IMG/VR virus record: IMGVR_UViG_3300032097_000029
Location: 1-43,800 of that record
Length of the DNA stretch: 43,800 nucleotides
From: a virus
Taxonomy: Duplodnaviria; Caudoviricetes
Direction: 5' to 3' (one strand)
The translations under genes and the position numbers were made by a program. The notes beneath the pieces were generated by a model. The model saw only the letters and a list, made by a program, of their open reading frames with translations. It did not search any database and was not told where the DNA came from. This document shows, one piece after another, positions 35,298 to 43,568 of this stretch (its first letter is position 1; every line of letters starts with the position of its first letter).

Positions 35298-36656
35298 TCA
35301 GTTGCTAACGCTGGTGCCGGACTCACCCTTGCGGCGGTTGCCAGGGGTGATGGAAATGCGCGGCTGTGACGGTGTCCCGCCGTTGCCGCCGATCTGGTGC
35401 TCTGACGGGTAGGGAGAATCCGCGTCGGCTTCGTCCTCGAGGCGCTCGATCTCTTCCTCGGGGTTGAGGCCGGCGGTCTCCCAGGTGGTGCGACGGGAGG
35501 CGCCTAGTGCCTGTAGCTTGAGGCCGCGGTCGGCGCGCTGGTTGAGGGTCTCGGTCAGGCGCTCGGAGAAGATCACGCGGAAGTCGTAGGAGTCCGGGTT
35601 GATCCCGCGCAGCAGCAGGTCGAGACGGAAGCCCTGTTCGTATACCCAGGCGACCGTGTCCTGTAGGGCGTCCAGTTCGTCGAAGAAGTCCTGTTTCAGG
35701 TCGTCGAGGATGTCGCGGTTCAGGTCGGAGACGTAGCCGAACAGCCCTTTGGGTGCCGGGGCGCCGGAAAAGAAGGTGTCCAGCAGGTGGGCCACGTCGG
35801 CGATCTGGTCGAGATTGGCATCGCCCTGGACGGCTTGAACGCTGCCCTTGCGGTTGGAGTAGAAGTTGGTGGTGATCTGGGTCTGGTCGGCCTCGATCTG
35901 TTCCCGGTACTTATCCAGCTCCTCCTCGGTGGCTCCCTCGAGGAAGTGGGCGGTGCGCATGGGCGCACGCTCGCGGCGGCGGATCACGAGATCCTCCTCG
36001 GTCATGGTCAGCTTTCGCCAAACCTCACGGGAGGCATCGAGGTAGGGTCGCCCCATGCTCCCCATGTCGTCGATGTTTCCCGGGGAAAGACGGCCTAGGG
36101 TCATCTGCCAGAGAGCGAATCCGGCGATGGCCTTGCCCTTTAGGTAGTCCCACTGCTCATAGGCGACGCGCGGGTCGACGAACTGGCCGTTCTCGCCCAC
36201 GTTCGGTCGGATCGTCTCCGTCGGCATGCGCACGCCCTTGACCACGCGGCCGGTTTGGTCGACCACCCACTGCATCGGCAGGTTGCCTTCCATCATGCAG
36301 CCGCGGGCATCGCTCTCGAGCTTGGCGCGATTGTTCAGGCCCAAGCGGGTCACGTAATCGGCGAACAAGCGATGGATGCGCTTTTTACCGGAGGCGCCCT
36401 CGATCCGCAGGCCGCCCTTGGTCATGGCCCGGGCGGTGCGGCCGTGGATCTTCTTCACCCGGCCATCGCGGGCGTGCATCTGGCGGATGTCGTAGATGGC
36501 CATGCGCAGCTCGGGGTCTGCGTACATGGTCTGATAGAGCGCCTCTAGCCGGCGCTCTTCGGTGGTGCGCACGCCGGCTTCGCTGGTGTTTGGGGTTGGC
36601 TCTTCCGCCGGTGTCGGCGACTTCCGATTCCCGAAGATTCGGCCGATGAGTTTCAT
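35298..36656 (-). CDS. Portal protein
   Basis: 452 aa, ATGA-coupled to the large terminase; GRPYLDAS; call mainly by size and synteny. Confidence 0.72.
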   Translation of the reverse strand: MKLIGRIFGNRKSPTPAEEPTPNTSEAGVRTTEERRLEALYQTMYADPELRMAIYDIRQMHARDGRVKKIHGRTARAMTKGGLRIEGASGKKRIHRLFADYVTRLGLNNRAKLESDARGCMMEGNLPMQWVVDQTGRVVKGVRMPTETIRPNVGENGQFVDPRVAYEQWDYLKGKAIAGFALWQMTLGRLSPGNIDDMGSMGRPYLDASREVWRKLTMTEEDLVIRRRERAPMRTAHFLEGATEEELDKYREQIEADQTQITTNFYSNRKGSVQAVQGDANLDQIADVAHLLDTFFSGAPAPKGLFGYVSDLNRDILDDLKQDFFDELDALQDTVAWVYEQGFRLDLLLRGINPDSYDFRVIFSERLTETLNQRADRGLKLQALGASRRTTWETAGLNPEEEIERLEDEADADSPYPSEHQIGGNGGTPSQPRISITPGNRRKGESGTSVSN

Positions 36657-38329
36657 GCTTCGCTCCCGATGAGTTGGTCGCGGGTCTTTCGCTGGACCTG
36701 CACGACGGTTGGGACTTGGCCGGCGCCGCGCGTGAGCAGGCCCCAGCAGGAGGCCATGGCGGCATCGAACAGGTCGTCCCCGACCTGCTTGCGGACCATC
36801 TTGTAGCTGGAGTAGCTCTTGCCGGTTTCCTCGGCGCGGATGTTGATGAGCTGTTTCTGCAGATCCTTGAGGCCAGCGGCGTCCGGATCGTCGTCATCGA
36901 GGTGATCGACGTAGGGCAGGGCGCAGCGCCGGTTGTAGAAGGCGGCCTGCAGGCCGGTGGCCATGCTGTGCTTGACCATCCCCTCGAATCGCAACGGGGC
37001 GAAGGCCCAGTCTCCCCACGCCGAGGCGGTTGAGTCGCCGTCGGCGATGGTGCGCCGGTCAGTCTGGGCCAGGCCTTCGGAGAACAGCTCGTCATTGAGC
37101 TGGGTGAGCATGCCCACGGCGTAGGCATCGCCGATGGCGTGGTCGGGCTGGTAGTAGCGCCAGTAGCTCTTTAGGTCGTTCTTCACCACACCGTCATCGG
37201 TGCCGGCTGGCCAGGTGCGCGCCCAGATCGGCACGAAGAAACCGCCCATGTCCTCGCCGACGACGAGGGCGTGGCGGGATGCGTTCGCGGATTCGCCGTG
37301 GCCGGACGCGTCGTAACCGAAGGAGATCAGGCCGCGCTTGCGGTAGGTCTCGCCGGGCACCGGCGGTTGTGGTTCGAGACGGGCGCGCACGCCCAGCTGG
37401 ATGGCCCAGCGCAGCCACTTTTCCCAGATGAGGTTTCGGGAGGCTGTGTTTACGCACAGTAGTTGCCGGGCGAACTCGTCCGGGGAGAGCTGGCCGCGCA
37501 TGTCCTCGATGAACTGCTTGTTCAGCAGGTCCAGCTCCATGGCGTTGACCGCATTGCCGATCGGCACCGGGTAGCTGTAGCCCTGGGCGTCCACCTGGTT
37601 GGGCTCGAGATAGCCCCGGGCGATCAGATTGGCCACCTCGTCGCGGGCGCGCTGGCCGTGGAATGCGCCGATCACGTGGTACTGGCCGGAGTCGATCAGG
37701 TCGGTGAGCGTGTCCGCGCCCTTGTAGACGCCGGTGATGCGAATCTGGGGCTTGTTCTGCGAGTCCTTGGCCGCGCCCAGCCGGCGGGTGGAGCCCATCA
37801 TCAGCAGGAAACGGGAATAGAGCCGGTCTGCCGGCATGTCGTCGACCTCCTCGAGGGAGGCGGCGGTGAGATCCCCGCCGTCGACCTGCGCCATGATCCC
37901 GTAGCACCGTGCCATCGAGCGGTTGGCGAACTGGTAGTAGGTATCGGCAATCTGCCGGCGGCCGCCCTTGGTGCGCACGTAGGCCGAGAGGATCTCCGAG
38001 TTGCGGATCAGCTCGAGGTGATAGGAAAGGTTCACCTGGCTCTGTGCTTCGCGCGGGGCGACGATCCCCAGTTCCTGGTCGGCGTGGCTCGCATTCCATT
38101 TGAGGTTGTACAGCTCTTTTATCGCCGTCTTGCCCGTTCGGCGCGAGGAGAAATCGAGGGTGTTGGCGTGCTGGTCCATTTCCTCGCACTTGAGGATCTG
38201 GATCGGGTCGAGCTCCACGTCCACCACGTGCTTGAACCACGTCGCGTGGTCGCCGGCGTAACGCTGGATCTCCGCCTCGGCGACGTTCTGCAGCTCGATG
38301 CGCTTTCCGTGGGAGACGCGCTCAGCCAT
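36653..38329 (-). CDS. Terminase large subunit
   Basis: LDPIQ, Walker A SRRTGKT, IVAPREAQS, Walker B SLEEVD, nuclease FGYDASG and GDDLFDA. Confidence 0.85.
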   Translation of the reverse strand: MAERVSHGKRIELQNVAEAEIQRYAGDHATWFKHVVDVELDPIQILKCEEMDQHANTLDFSSRRTGKTAIKELYNLKWNASHADQELGIVAPREAQSQVNLSYHLELIRNSEILSAYVRTKGGRRQIADTYYQFANRSMARCYGIMAQVDGGDLTAASLEEVDDMPADRLYSRFLLMMGSTRRLGAAKDSQNKPQIRITGVYKGADTLTDLIDSGQYHVIGAFHGQRARDEVANLIARGYLEPNQVDAQGYSYPVPIGNAVNAMELDLLNKQFIEDMRGQLSPDEFARQLLCVNTASRNLIWEKWLRWAIQLGVRARLEPQPPVPGETYRKRGLISFGYDASGHGESANASRHALVVGEDMGGFFVPIWARTWPAGTDDGVVKNDLKSYWRYYQPDHAIGDAYAVGMLTQLNDELFSEGLAQTDRRTIADGDSTASAWGDWAFAPLRFEGMVKHSMATGLQAAFYNRRCALPYVDHLDDDDPDAAGLKDLQKQLINIRAEETGKSYSSYKMVRKQVGDDLFDAAMASCWGLLTRGAGQVPTVVQVQRKTRDQLIGSEA

Positions 38330-39254
38330 CGTCGCTGTTCCCCTCGATCACGCGCGGCTCGTGGCTCTTGTGGCTGCGGCCGATCAGATCCCTGAGACTT
38401 TCCACGGACTTGGCGGTGCGCTCCTGGTAATCGAGAACCGAGTCGCGGGCGGCATGCTGGTCTGCCAGATGACCGCGCAGCGTGGCTTCCTCGCCCTGCT
38501 GCTTGGCCGTCATGCCCATGTCCTCGAGGGTCATGTTGTTCTTCTGGATGAAGTCGATCAGGTGCTTGAGCAGCGGGTGGGCCTTGATCTCGTTGAGCGT
38601 GCGGTGCTCGCCGGTGGCCTTGTCGAAAAACTCGACCAGCTGGATCTGCCCGGTCTCGTTGTCCTTTGTCCAGACCGGCACGATCTGCCGCGGGCCGCCG
38701 TCCTGGGCGATCGATAGGATCATGTCGTTGATCATCCCTTGAAGCGCCGCCTGGTTGCCGCCTTGCAGCTGCTTGAGCAGCGAGACGTCGCCGGTGTCGG
38801 TGGCAATCTGGTACTGCATCATCAGCTCGGCGCGCTTCATGCACGCCTTGTGCTCGGTGCCACAGCCGTTGTTGAGGTACTCGCAGCCGTCGCAGGCCGG
38901 GTACTGGCCGGGCCGGGCGGGGAAATACGTGGCGGTCCGGGCGAACATGCCGTGCTTCATGGCGTTGAAGCGGGAAACCTGCGACTGGCGGCCACCCTCG
39001 AGGTTTTCCAGGGAGCGAGCACGGCCGTCGTCGGTCTTCGGGCCGGTGGCGTGAGCGTGGGCCTTGAGCAGGTTCCGCTCCCACGCCGCCTGGGCGGCTT
39101 CCTCTCCGCACTCTGGGCACGGGGCGAAGTAGTCCCACGGATGCCACGGGGTCGCCGGCTGCTCGACCACGCGGACCGGCGCGCCTTCCCACTGATGACC
39201 GCATTCGCGGCACCGGAATCGGATCTGTTCGAGCTGGTCGGGCTTGTCAGACAC
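38322..39254 (-). CDS. Putative terminase small subunit with Cys clusters
   Basis: Overlaps terL; CREC...CPEC, ATGPKTDDGRARS...NAMKHG, CDGC...C...C. Confidence 0.6.
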   Translation of the reverse strand: MSDKPDQLEQIRFRCRECGHQWEGAPVRVVEQPATPWHPWDYFAPCPECGEEAAQAAWERNLLKAHAHATGPKTDDGRARSLENLEGGRQSQVSRFNAMKHGMFARTATYFPARPGQYPACDGCEYLNNGCGTEHKACMKRAELMMQYQIATDTGDVSLLKQLQGGNQAALQGMINDMILSIAQDGGPRQIVPVWTKDNETGQIQLVEFFDKATGEHRTLNEIKAHPLLKHLIDFIQKNNMTLEDMGMTAKQQGEEATLRGHLADQHAARDSVLDYQERTAKSVESLRDLIGRSHKSHEPRVIEGNSDDG

Positions 39255-39286
39255 GCGGCGAATCCAACCGGTTGATATATCGGCCG

Positions 39287-39319
39287 ATTGTACCCGAAAA
39301 CGGGCATCAGTGCCCGAAA
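39287..39319 (-). promoter_or_regulatory. Putative packaging-operon promoter with a palindrome at -35
   Basis: -10 TACAAT (39292-39287); no consensus -35, but CGGGCA-N4-TGCCCG at 39301-39316. Confidence 0.45.
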
Positions 39320-39446
39320 CCGCGCACGCGCCCCGCGCTGAACTTCAAACCCGTGCAGATAGCCAGGTACCCACCTCCCCACCTGGGGGTAGCGGACCAC
39401 TATGCCGACCCCCCACCCATACCCAGGCACCCGGGATTCCAGAGTT

Positions 39447-39544
39447 TGAACTGCGGGTAAGTGAGATCAGGCACCCACACCAACCGCGCCAGCAAGCCAC
39501 CACCACACGGCTGAACTGCGGGTAATGACAAAAGGCGCAGTTTG
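39447..39544. repeat. 14-bp direct repeats TGAACTGCGGGTAA plus a partial inverted copy
   Basis: Exact copies at 39447-39460 and 39512-39525; CGCAGTT at 39536-39542. Confidence 0.8.
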
Positions 39545-39778
39545 ATATCCCCGTTTCAGAGGCCAGTTTCCAGAGGTGCCACATCCAGACGGCAACATCG
39601 GAGTAGAGCGGGGTGGAAGAGGAAGAGTGCCCACCCCTATAGGGGTTCTGTCCCCCTAACAGAGAGGGGAAGGCGTGCCTCGGGCCATGGTGGATACCGT
39701 GGCGGGGTCGTGCTCAGAAAGGCCGGGATCTGATCTCCACCAGGTGGACCTGATCAGATTTGGCGGGAGTTGAGCAGG

Positions 39779-40780
39779 TCAGAGATGACGGGCGAGATCG
39801 GAGACGGGGGTCTGGATCCGGGAGAGCGGGCTGGACTTGGCCACCGACTTGGAGAGGGTGCGCATGGCCAGCTGGGTGTAGATCGTGGTGGTGCGCACGT
39901 CGGCGTGCCCCATCAGCGACTGGATCTTGCGCAGATCCTCGCCTCCTTCGGCCAGCTCCGTGCCGTACAGGTGGCGCAGGGCATGCGGGTGCAGCTGGGC
40001 ACGAGGTATGCCGGCATCGTCACCGTAGCGGCACAGCATCTCGTTGACGGCCGAGCGATGCAGGCGGCGCGCCTCGCCGAAATACTCGTGCGCTTTCACC
40101 ATCCGGTTGGCCGTCGAGACGAACAGCACCCGGTCGCCATCCGGCAGGGTGCGGTCGATCGCCTCGAGGTCAGGGTGGCCGAGGTAGGCGCGAATCATCA
40201 GCTTGGTCTCGTGTGGCGCCGGGATCAGTCGCTCCTTGCGCCCCTTCTCCCGAACGCGGATCACCAGCCACTCGCGGCCGTCGTCATCGAGGACGAACTG
40301 CAGGTCGCTCTCGTTCATGGCGACCAGGCCGGAAACCCGAACGCCGCAGCCAACCAGCACCGAGATCATCGCCGCGTCTCGCACACCCAGGAAAGTGTCG
40401 AGGTCCGGCGCCATCATCAGGGACTCGGCGTGCTTGAGCTCCATGGCGCGCGGCAGGGGGGAACCGGACTTGGGGTAAGGGAGATCCCGCGCCGGGTTGT
40501 CCTGGCGCACACCATTACGCCGCAGCCACCGGTAGAAGCCCCGAAGGGCAGCCACGATCGGGCGGCGCGCTCGAGGGCTTATCCCGTTCCGATGCGACTC
40601 CAGTCCCGCGAAATCCTCGACCCTGACCTCGGATGCGGCAGGGAGAGAAGAATCACGCGCAGCCAGGTACCCAGCGAACCGGACCAATGTCAGGCGGTAC
40701 TTTTCGAGCGTGCGAACCGACCGGCCCTGGTTGTGCTCGAGCCAGTCCAGCCAGTTCTGGATCAGTTCGTCGTCAGTCAT
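39779..40780 (-). CDS. XerC/D-like tyrosine recombinase (333 aa)
   Basis: NQGRSVRTLEKY, IVAALRGFYRWL, RDAAMISVLVGCGVRVSGL, KGRKERLIP, HPHALRHLYGT, MGHAD, TTIY. Confidence 0.92.
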   Translation of the reverse strand: MTDDELIQNWLDWLEHNQGRSVRTLEKYRLTLVRFAGYLAARDSSLPAASEVRVEDFAGLESHRNGISPRARRPIVAALRGFYRWLRRNGVRQDNPARDLPYPKSGSPLPRAMELKHAESLMMAPDLDTFLGVRDAAMISVLVGCGVRVSGLVAMNESDLQFVLDDDGREWLVIRVREKGRKERLIPAPHETKLMIRAYLGHPDLEAIDRTLPDGDRVLFVSTANRMVKAHEYFGEARRLHRSAVNEMLCRYGDDAGIPRAQLHPHALRHLYGTELAEGGEDLRKIQSLMGHADVRTTTIYTQLAMRTLSKSVAKSSPLSRIQTPVSDLARHL

Positions 40781-40810
40781 CGCATTCCCGGAGGGGAGGG
40801 GGAGAAAAAC

Positions 40811-41104
40811 CCGTGGCACCGTGGCACCGCCCTTCCAGTATAGCGAAACATTGTAAAAACAACGATTTGCGGGCTCATCCGGTGCCACAGAATAGCCCGT
40901 GGCACAGCCTCTAATCTGTGGCACCCCTCCAGACGCCCGTGGCAAATCCGTGGCACCGCTTTTCCTGCCTGGCAGGGCCCCTATTCCTTCCTTCCTTCCT
41001 TTTTTTCAAAGAGATAGAGAGATAGAGATAGGGGGTTGAACGAAAAGCGCCGGGTGGCAAAAACTGCACAAATCGTGGCAAATAGCAGGTGTTCCGTGGC
41101 AAAA
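40811..41104. repeat. GTGGCA iteron cluster, candidate phage replication origin
   Basis: GTGGCA at 40813, 40821, 40899, 40918, 40939, 40950, 41054, 41075, 41096, inverted at 40883, around a pyrimidine/purine tract (40984-41035). Confidence 0.7.
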
Positions 41105-41321
41105 CGGCGGGGCGTTGCGGCGCGTGTTTGCTCTGAAAACAACAGGTTGGATGCGAAGGGGGCCGGAAACCACGGGTTTTCGGTTCTCCCCCTCTATGGG
41201 AAATGGATGTGCGCGCACAGACACGCGTCATTAGGGGCGCGTATAGGGGAGGTGGGGCTCGATCGACCAGGACGCTAAGGCTCGCCTGGAGAGGCCGAAT
41301 CGGCGCCGTAGAGCGCCGGGA

Positions 41322-41351
41322 TTTTGGAAGAATTTTGGAACTTTTTTGGAA
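41322..41351 (+). promoter_or_regulatory. Three tandem TTTTGGAA candidate Int arm-type sites
   Basis: Copies at 41322, 41333 and 41344 (11-bp period), 60-90 bp from the att core. Confidence 0.6.
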
Positions 41352-41373
41352 CCGGCCTTTTCGACCGCCCACG

Positions 41374-41407
41374 AAAAAGCCCGGCAAGCGTGATGCTGCC
41401 GGGCTTT
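41374..41407 (-). terminator. Phage-borne terminator for the restored tRNA-Val
   Basis: AAAGCCCGGC...GCCGGGCTTTTT, a near copy of 2194-2227. Confidence 0.8.
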
Positions 41408-41412
41408 AGTGT

Positions 41413-41489
41413 TGGTAGGCGCGATTGGATTCGAACCAACGACCCCCACCATGTCAAGGTGGTGCTCTAACCAACTGAGCTACGCGCCT
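41413..41489 (-). tRNA. tRNA-Val(GAC)
   Basis: AGGCGCGTAGCTCAGTTGGTTAGAGCACCACCTTGACATGGTGGGGGTCGTTGGTTCGAATCCAATCGCGCCTACCA: cloverleaf, anticodon GAC, CCA end. Confidence 0.97.
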
Positions 41490-41507
41490 GTCGTCGAACG
41501 GATGCGC

Positions 41508-41535
41508 ATTCTACCGGGTCCGATTGGCCTGTCAA
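41508..41535 (-). promoter_or_regulatory. tRNA sigma70 promoter
   Basis: TTGACA-16-TAGAAT with a GC-rich discriminator GCGC. Confidence 0.85.
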
Positions 41536-41733
41536 CACTCAATTTTATCCTAGCAAAAACATGTGGTTGCAGTAGCCGGTTTCGTGGTCGGCCCAGCCGT
41601 GAGTAGCCGTTGGTAGACCGCCCCGTTTAATCGACATCAGCCCTCAAAATGTCCCTGGGCCCAAATTGGGCCCACGTTGAGACGCTCCCGCAATCACGCC
41701 GTCGGTCTCAACGAGTACCACACACATCTGGTC

Positions 41734-41937
41734 TCAGGGCTTCCTGCCAGGCTGGTCTTTCTCAAATTCATCGAGATACCGGTCAATCGCTGCTCGAACA
41801 ATATCTGCCCGGGGCGGTATTTCCCCTTCAGTCTTCAAGAGCTCGGATCGGCGGTTGTCGATCCGGCGCAGGGTCTCGTCGTCCAGGCGGATATTTACCT
41901 GCTTCTGATGAGTGCGGCCAGTTTTCATCTGAGTCAA
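41734..41937 (-). CDS. Ribbon-helix-helix (CopG-like) regulator
   Basis: QVNIRLDDETLRRIDN...PRADIVRAAIDRYL; start may be 41928. Confidence 0.75.
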   Translation of the reverse strand: MTQMKTGRTHQKQVNIRLDDETLRRIDNRRSELLKTEGEIPPRADIVRAAIDRYLDEFEKDQPGRKP

Positions 41938-42091
41938 TTCTCGCTCATGTGATGGGGGTCGAGAGCGTCACAAAGCTCCCGACAGAGGCGGCTTCTAGTC
42001 TAGCGGCAAATTAATTAGCAGGATATTGGTAGGCATGTACGTTGAGTCTAGTCGCATAGCGGCTATCCACTCACACAAAGAGGTAAACGTA

Positions 42092-42313
42092 ATGACGTAC
42101 ATGACCTCCGAGCAACTCGCCGAGAAGCTCAACTACACCACGCGCTACGTGCGCAACATCCTCACGCACGAAGTCCTCGTCGAGGGGCGGCACTACATCC
42201 GCCCTTTTGGTCGGCGCCGGATTCTGTATCTCTGGGAAAACATTGAGACGGACATGTTCCAGGACGCCGTACCGGATATTCCGATGGCAAATGGGGAGAA
42301 GTGCCATGGGTAA
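42092..42313 (+). CDS. Excisionase-like HTH protein
   Basis: MTYMTSEQLAEKLNY...LVEGRHYIRPFGRRRILYLWE; GAGG RBS; overlaps the integrase start. Confidence 0.75.
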   Translation: MTYMTSEQLAEKLNYTTRYVRNILTHEVLVEGRHYIRPFGRRRILYLWENIETDMFQDAVPDIPMANGEKCHG

Positions 42314-43568
42314 GATTCGAGTGCGCGAAGAGACCAACCGTCTGTATTTCGATTTCCGCTACAAGGGTGTCCGGTGTCGTGAGTACACCGCCTTGCCGGA
42401 TACCCCAGCCAATCGTAAGCGGATGGAAGGACTGTTGAGGCGGATCGAAGCCGAAATCATCGCCGGCGTTTTCGATTACGGGAAGACCTTTCCCGGTAGT
42501 CGTCGGATTGAACGGTTGGCCCCGCCTCGGCCTATCGATTCAGATGCCACCGAGGCGCCCCCTAGTCAGCAGGCGGTCTCTCCAAGTGAGCCCGATAGGC
42601 CCGAAACACCGCTCTTCCAGGAGTTCATCGACGAATGGATGGGCGAGAAGGAGGTGGAGTGGAAACGCTCCTACCAGAAGAAGCAGGTCGACATCGTGAA
42701 TCTGTACCTGCGCCCCGAGTTCGGCAAGAAAAGTGTCAGCGACATCACCCGTGCTGATCTGCTGAAGTACCGTGCCTACCTCGCCAAAGATGCGCACGGT
42801 ACGAAGACCCTCTCAGGCGCTCGTGTGAACCAGATCATGAATCTGCTTAAGCAGGTGCTGGACGAGGCCGCTGACCGCTTCGACTTTATCACGCCGTATG
42901 TCCGCATCAAGCCGGTCAAGCAGGGGCGCAGCAAGGTCGATCCGTTCAGCCTTGACGAGGTGCGTTCGTTCCTCCACGAGGTTGATCCGCATTGGAGGCC
43001 GTACTTCACGGTGCGGTTCTTCACCGGTATGCGCACCTCCGAAATCGACGGTCTGAAATGGCGATACGTCTTCTTTGATCGCCGCGAGATCGTGGTCGAG
43101 GAAACGCTGGTGCATGGCTTGGAGGACACGCCCAAGACGGCGACCTCCTATCGAACGATTCAGATGAACCAACTGGTGTTCGATGCCTTACAGGAGCAAT
43201 GGGAGCGGACAGGCCAAACCGATGGCTTCGTCTTCCAGAGCAAGCGGGGCGAGCCTGTCCGATACCGCAACGTCAACAACCGAGTCTGGTACCCAACGTT
43301 GAAGAAGGCCGGTCTGAAGAAACGCAATCCGTACCAGACACGACACACGGCGGCGACCCTGTGGCTTGCCTCTGGAGAAAGCCCGGAATGGATCGCGCGG
43401 CAGATGGGACACAGCAACACCAAGATGCTGTTCACCGTCTATTCGCGCTACGTGCCCAACCTGACTAGGCAAGACGGGTCGGCGTTCGAGCGATTGTTAG
43501 CTCGTAACTTTGTGAAGCCATGCCTTGCCGATGCAGGAGAGCACGAAGAGGAGGGTGGTCATGAGTGA
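42306..43568 (+). CDS. Tyrosine integrase with Arm-DNA-binding (DUF3596-like) N-terminus
   Basis: LYFDFRYKGVRCRE...DTPANRK, FTGMRTSEI, PKT, PYQTRHT, MGHSN, VYSRY. Confidence 0.93.
   Translation: MGKIRVREETNRLYFDFRYKGVRCREYTALPDTPANRKRMEGLLRRIEAEIIAGVFDYGKTFPGSRRIERLAPPRPIDSDATEAPPSQQAVSPSEPDRPETPLFQEFIDEWMGEKEVEWKRSYQKKQVDIVNLYLRPEFGKKSVSDITRADLLKYRAYLAKDAHGTKTLSGARVNQIMNLLKQVLDEAADRFDFITPYVRIKPVKQGRSKVDPFSLDEVRSFLHEVDPHWRPYFTVRFFTGMRTSEIDGLKWRYVFFDRREIVVEETLVHGLEDTPKTATSYRTIQMNQLVFDALQEQWERTGQTDGFVFQSKRGEPVRYRNVNNRVWYPTLKKAGLKKRNPYQTRHTAATLWLASGESPEWIARQMGHSNTKMLFTVYSRYVPNLTRQDGSAFERLLARNFVKPCLADAGEHEEEGGHE

Larger units (their letters stand above)
2234..41457. mobile_element. Prophage (contractile-tailed, Mu-like tail, tyrosine-integrase integration) in tRNA-Val(GAC)
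   Basis: Flanking 45-bp direct repeats, adjacent integrase, and replication, immunity, head, lysis and tail modules with no obvious broken frames. Confidence 0.95.

Noticed and set aside
39447-39525. Mini CRISPR array
   Set aside because: Only two 14-bp repeats with a 51-bp gap and no cas genes.
40781-40945. N-terminal extension of the Xer-like recombinase
   Set aside because: It runs through the iteron repeats; recombinase-like sequence starts at MTDDELIQNWL (40780).
2234-41457. Transposable Mu-type prophage or tailocin
   Set aside because: No DDE transposase or MuB; att repeats, head and replication genes are present.
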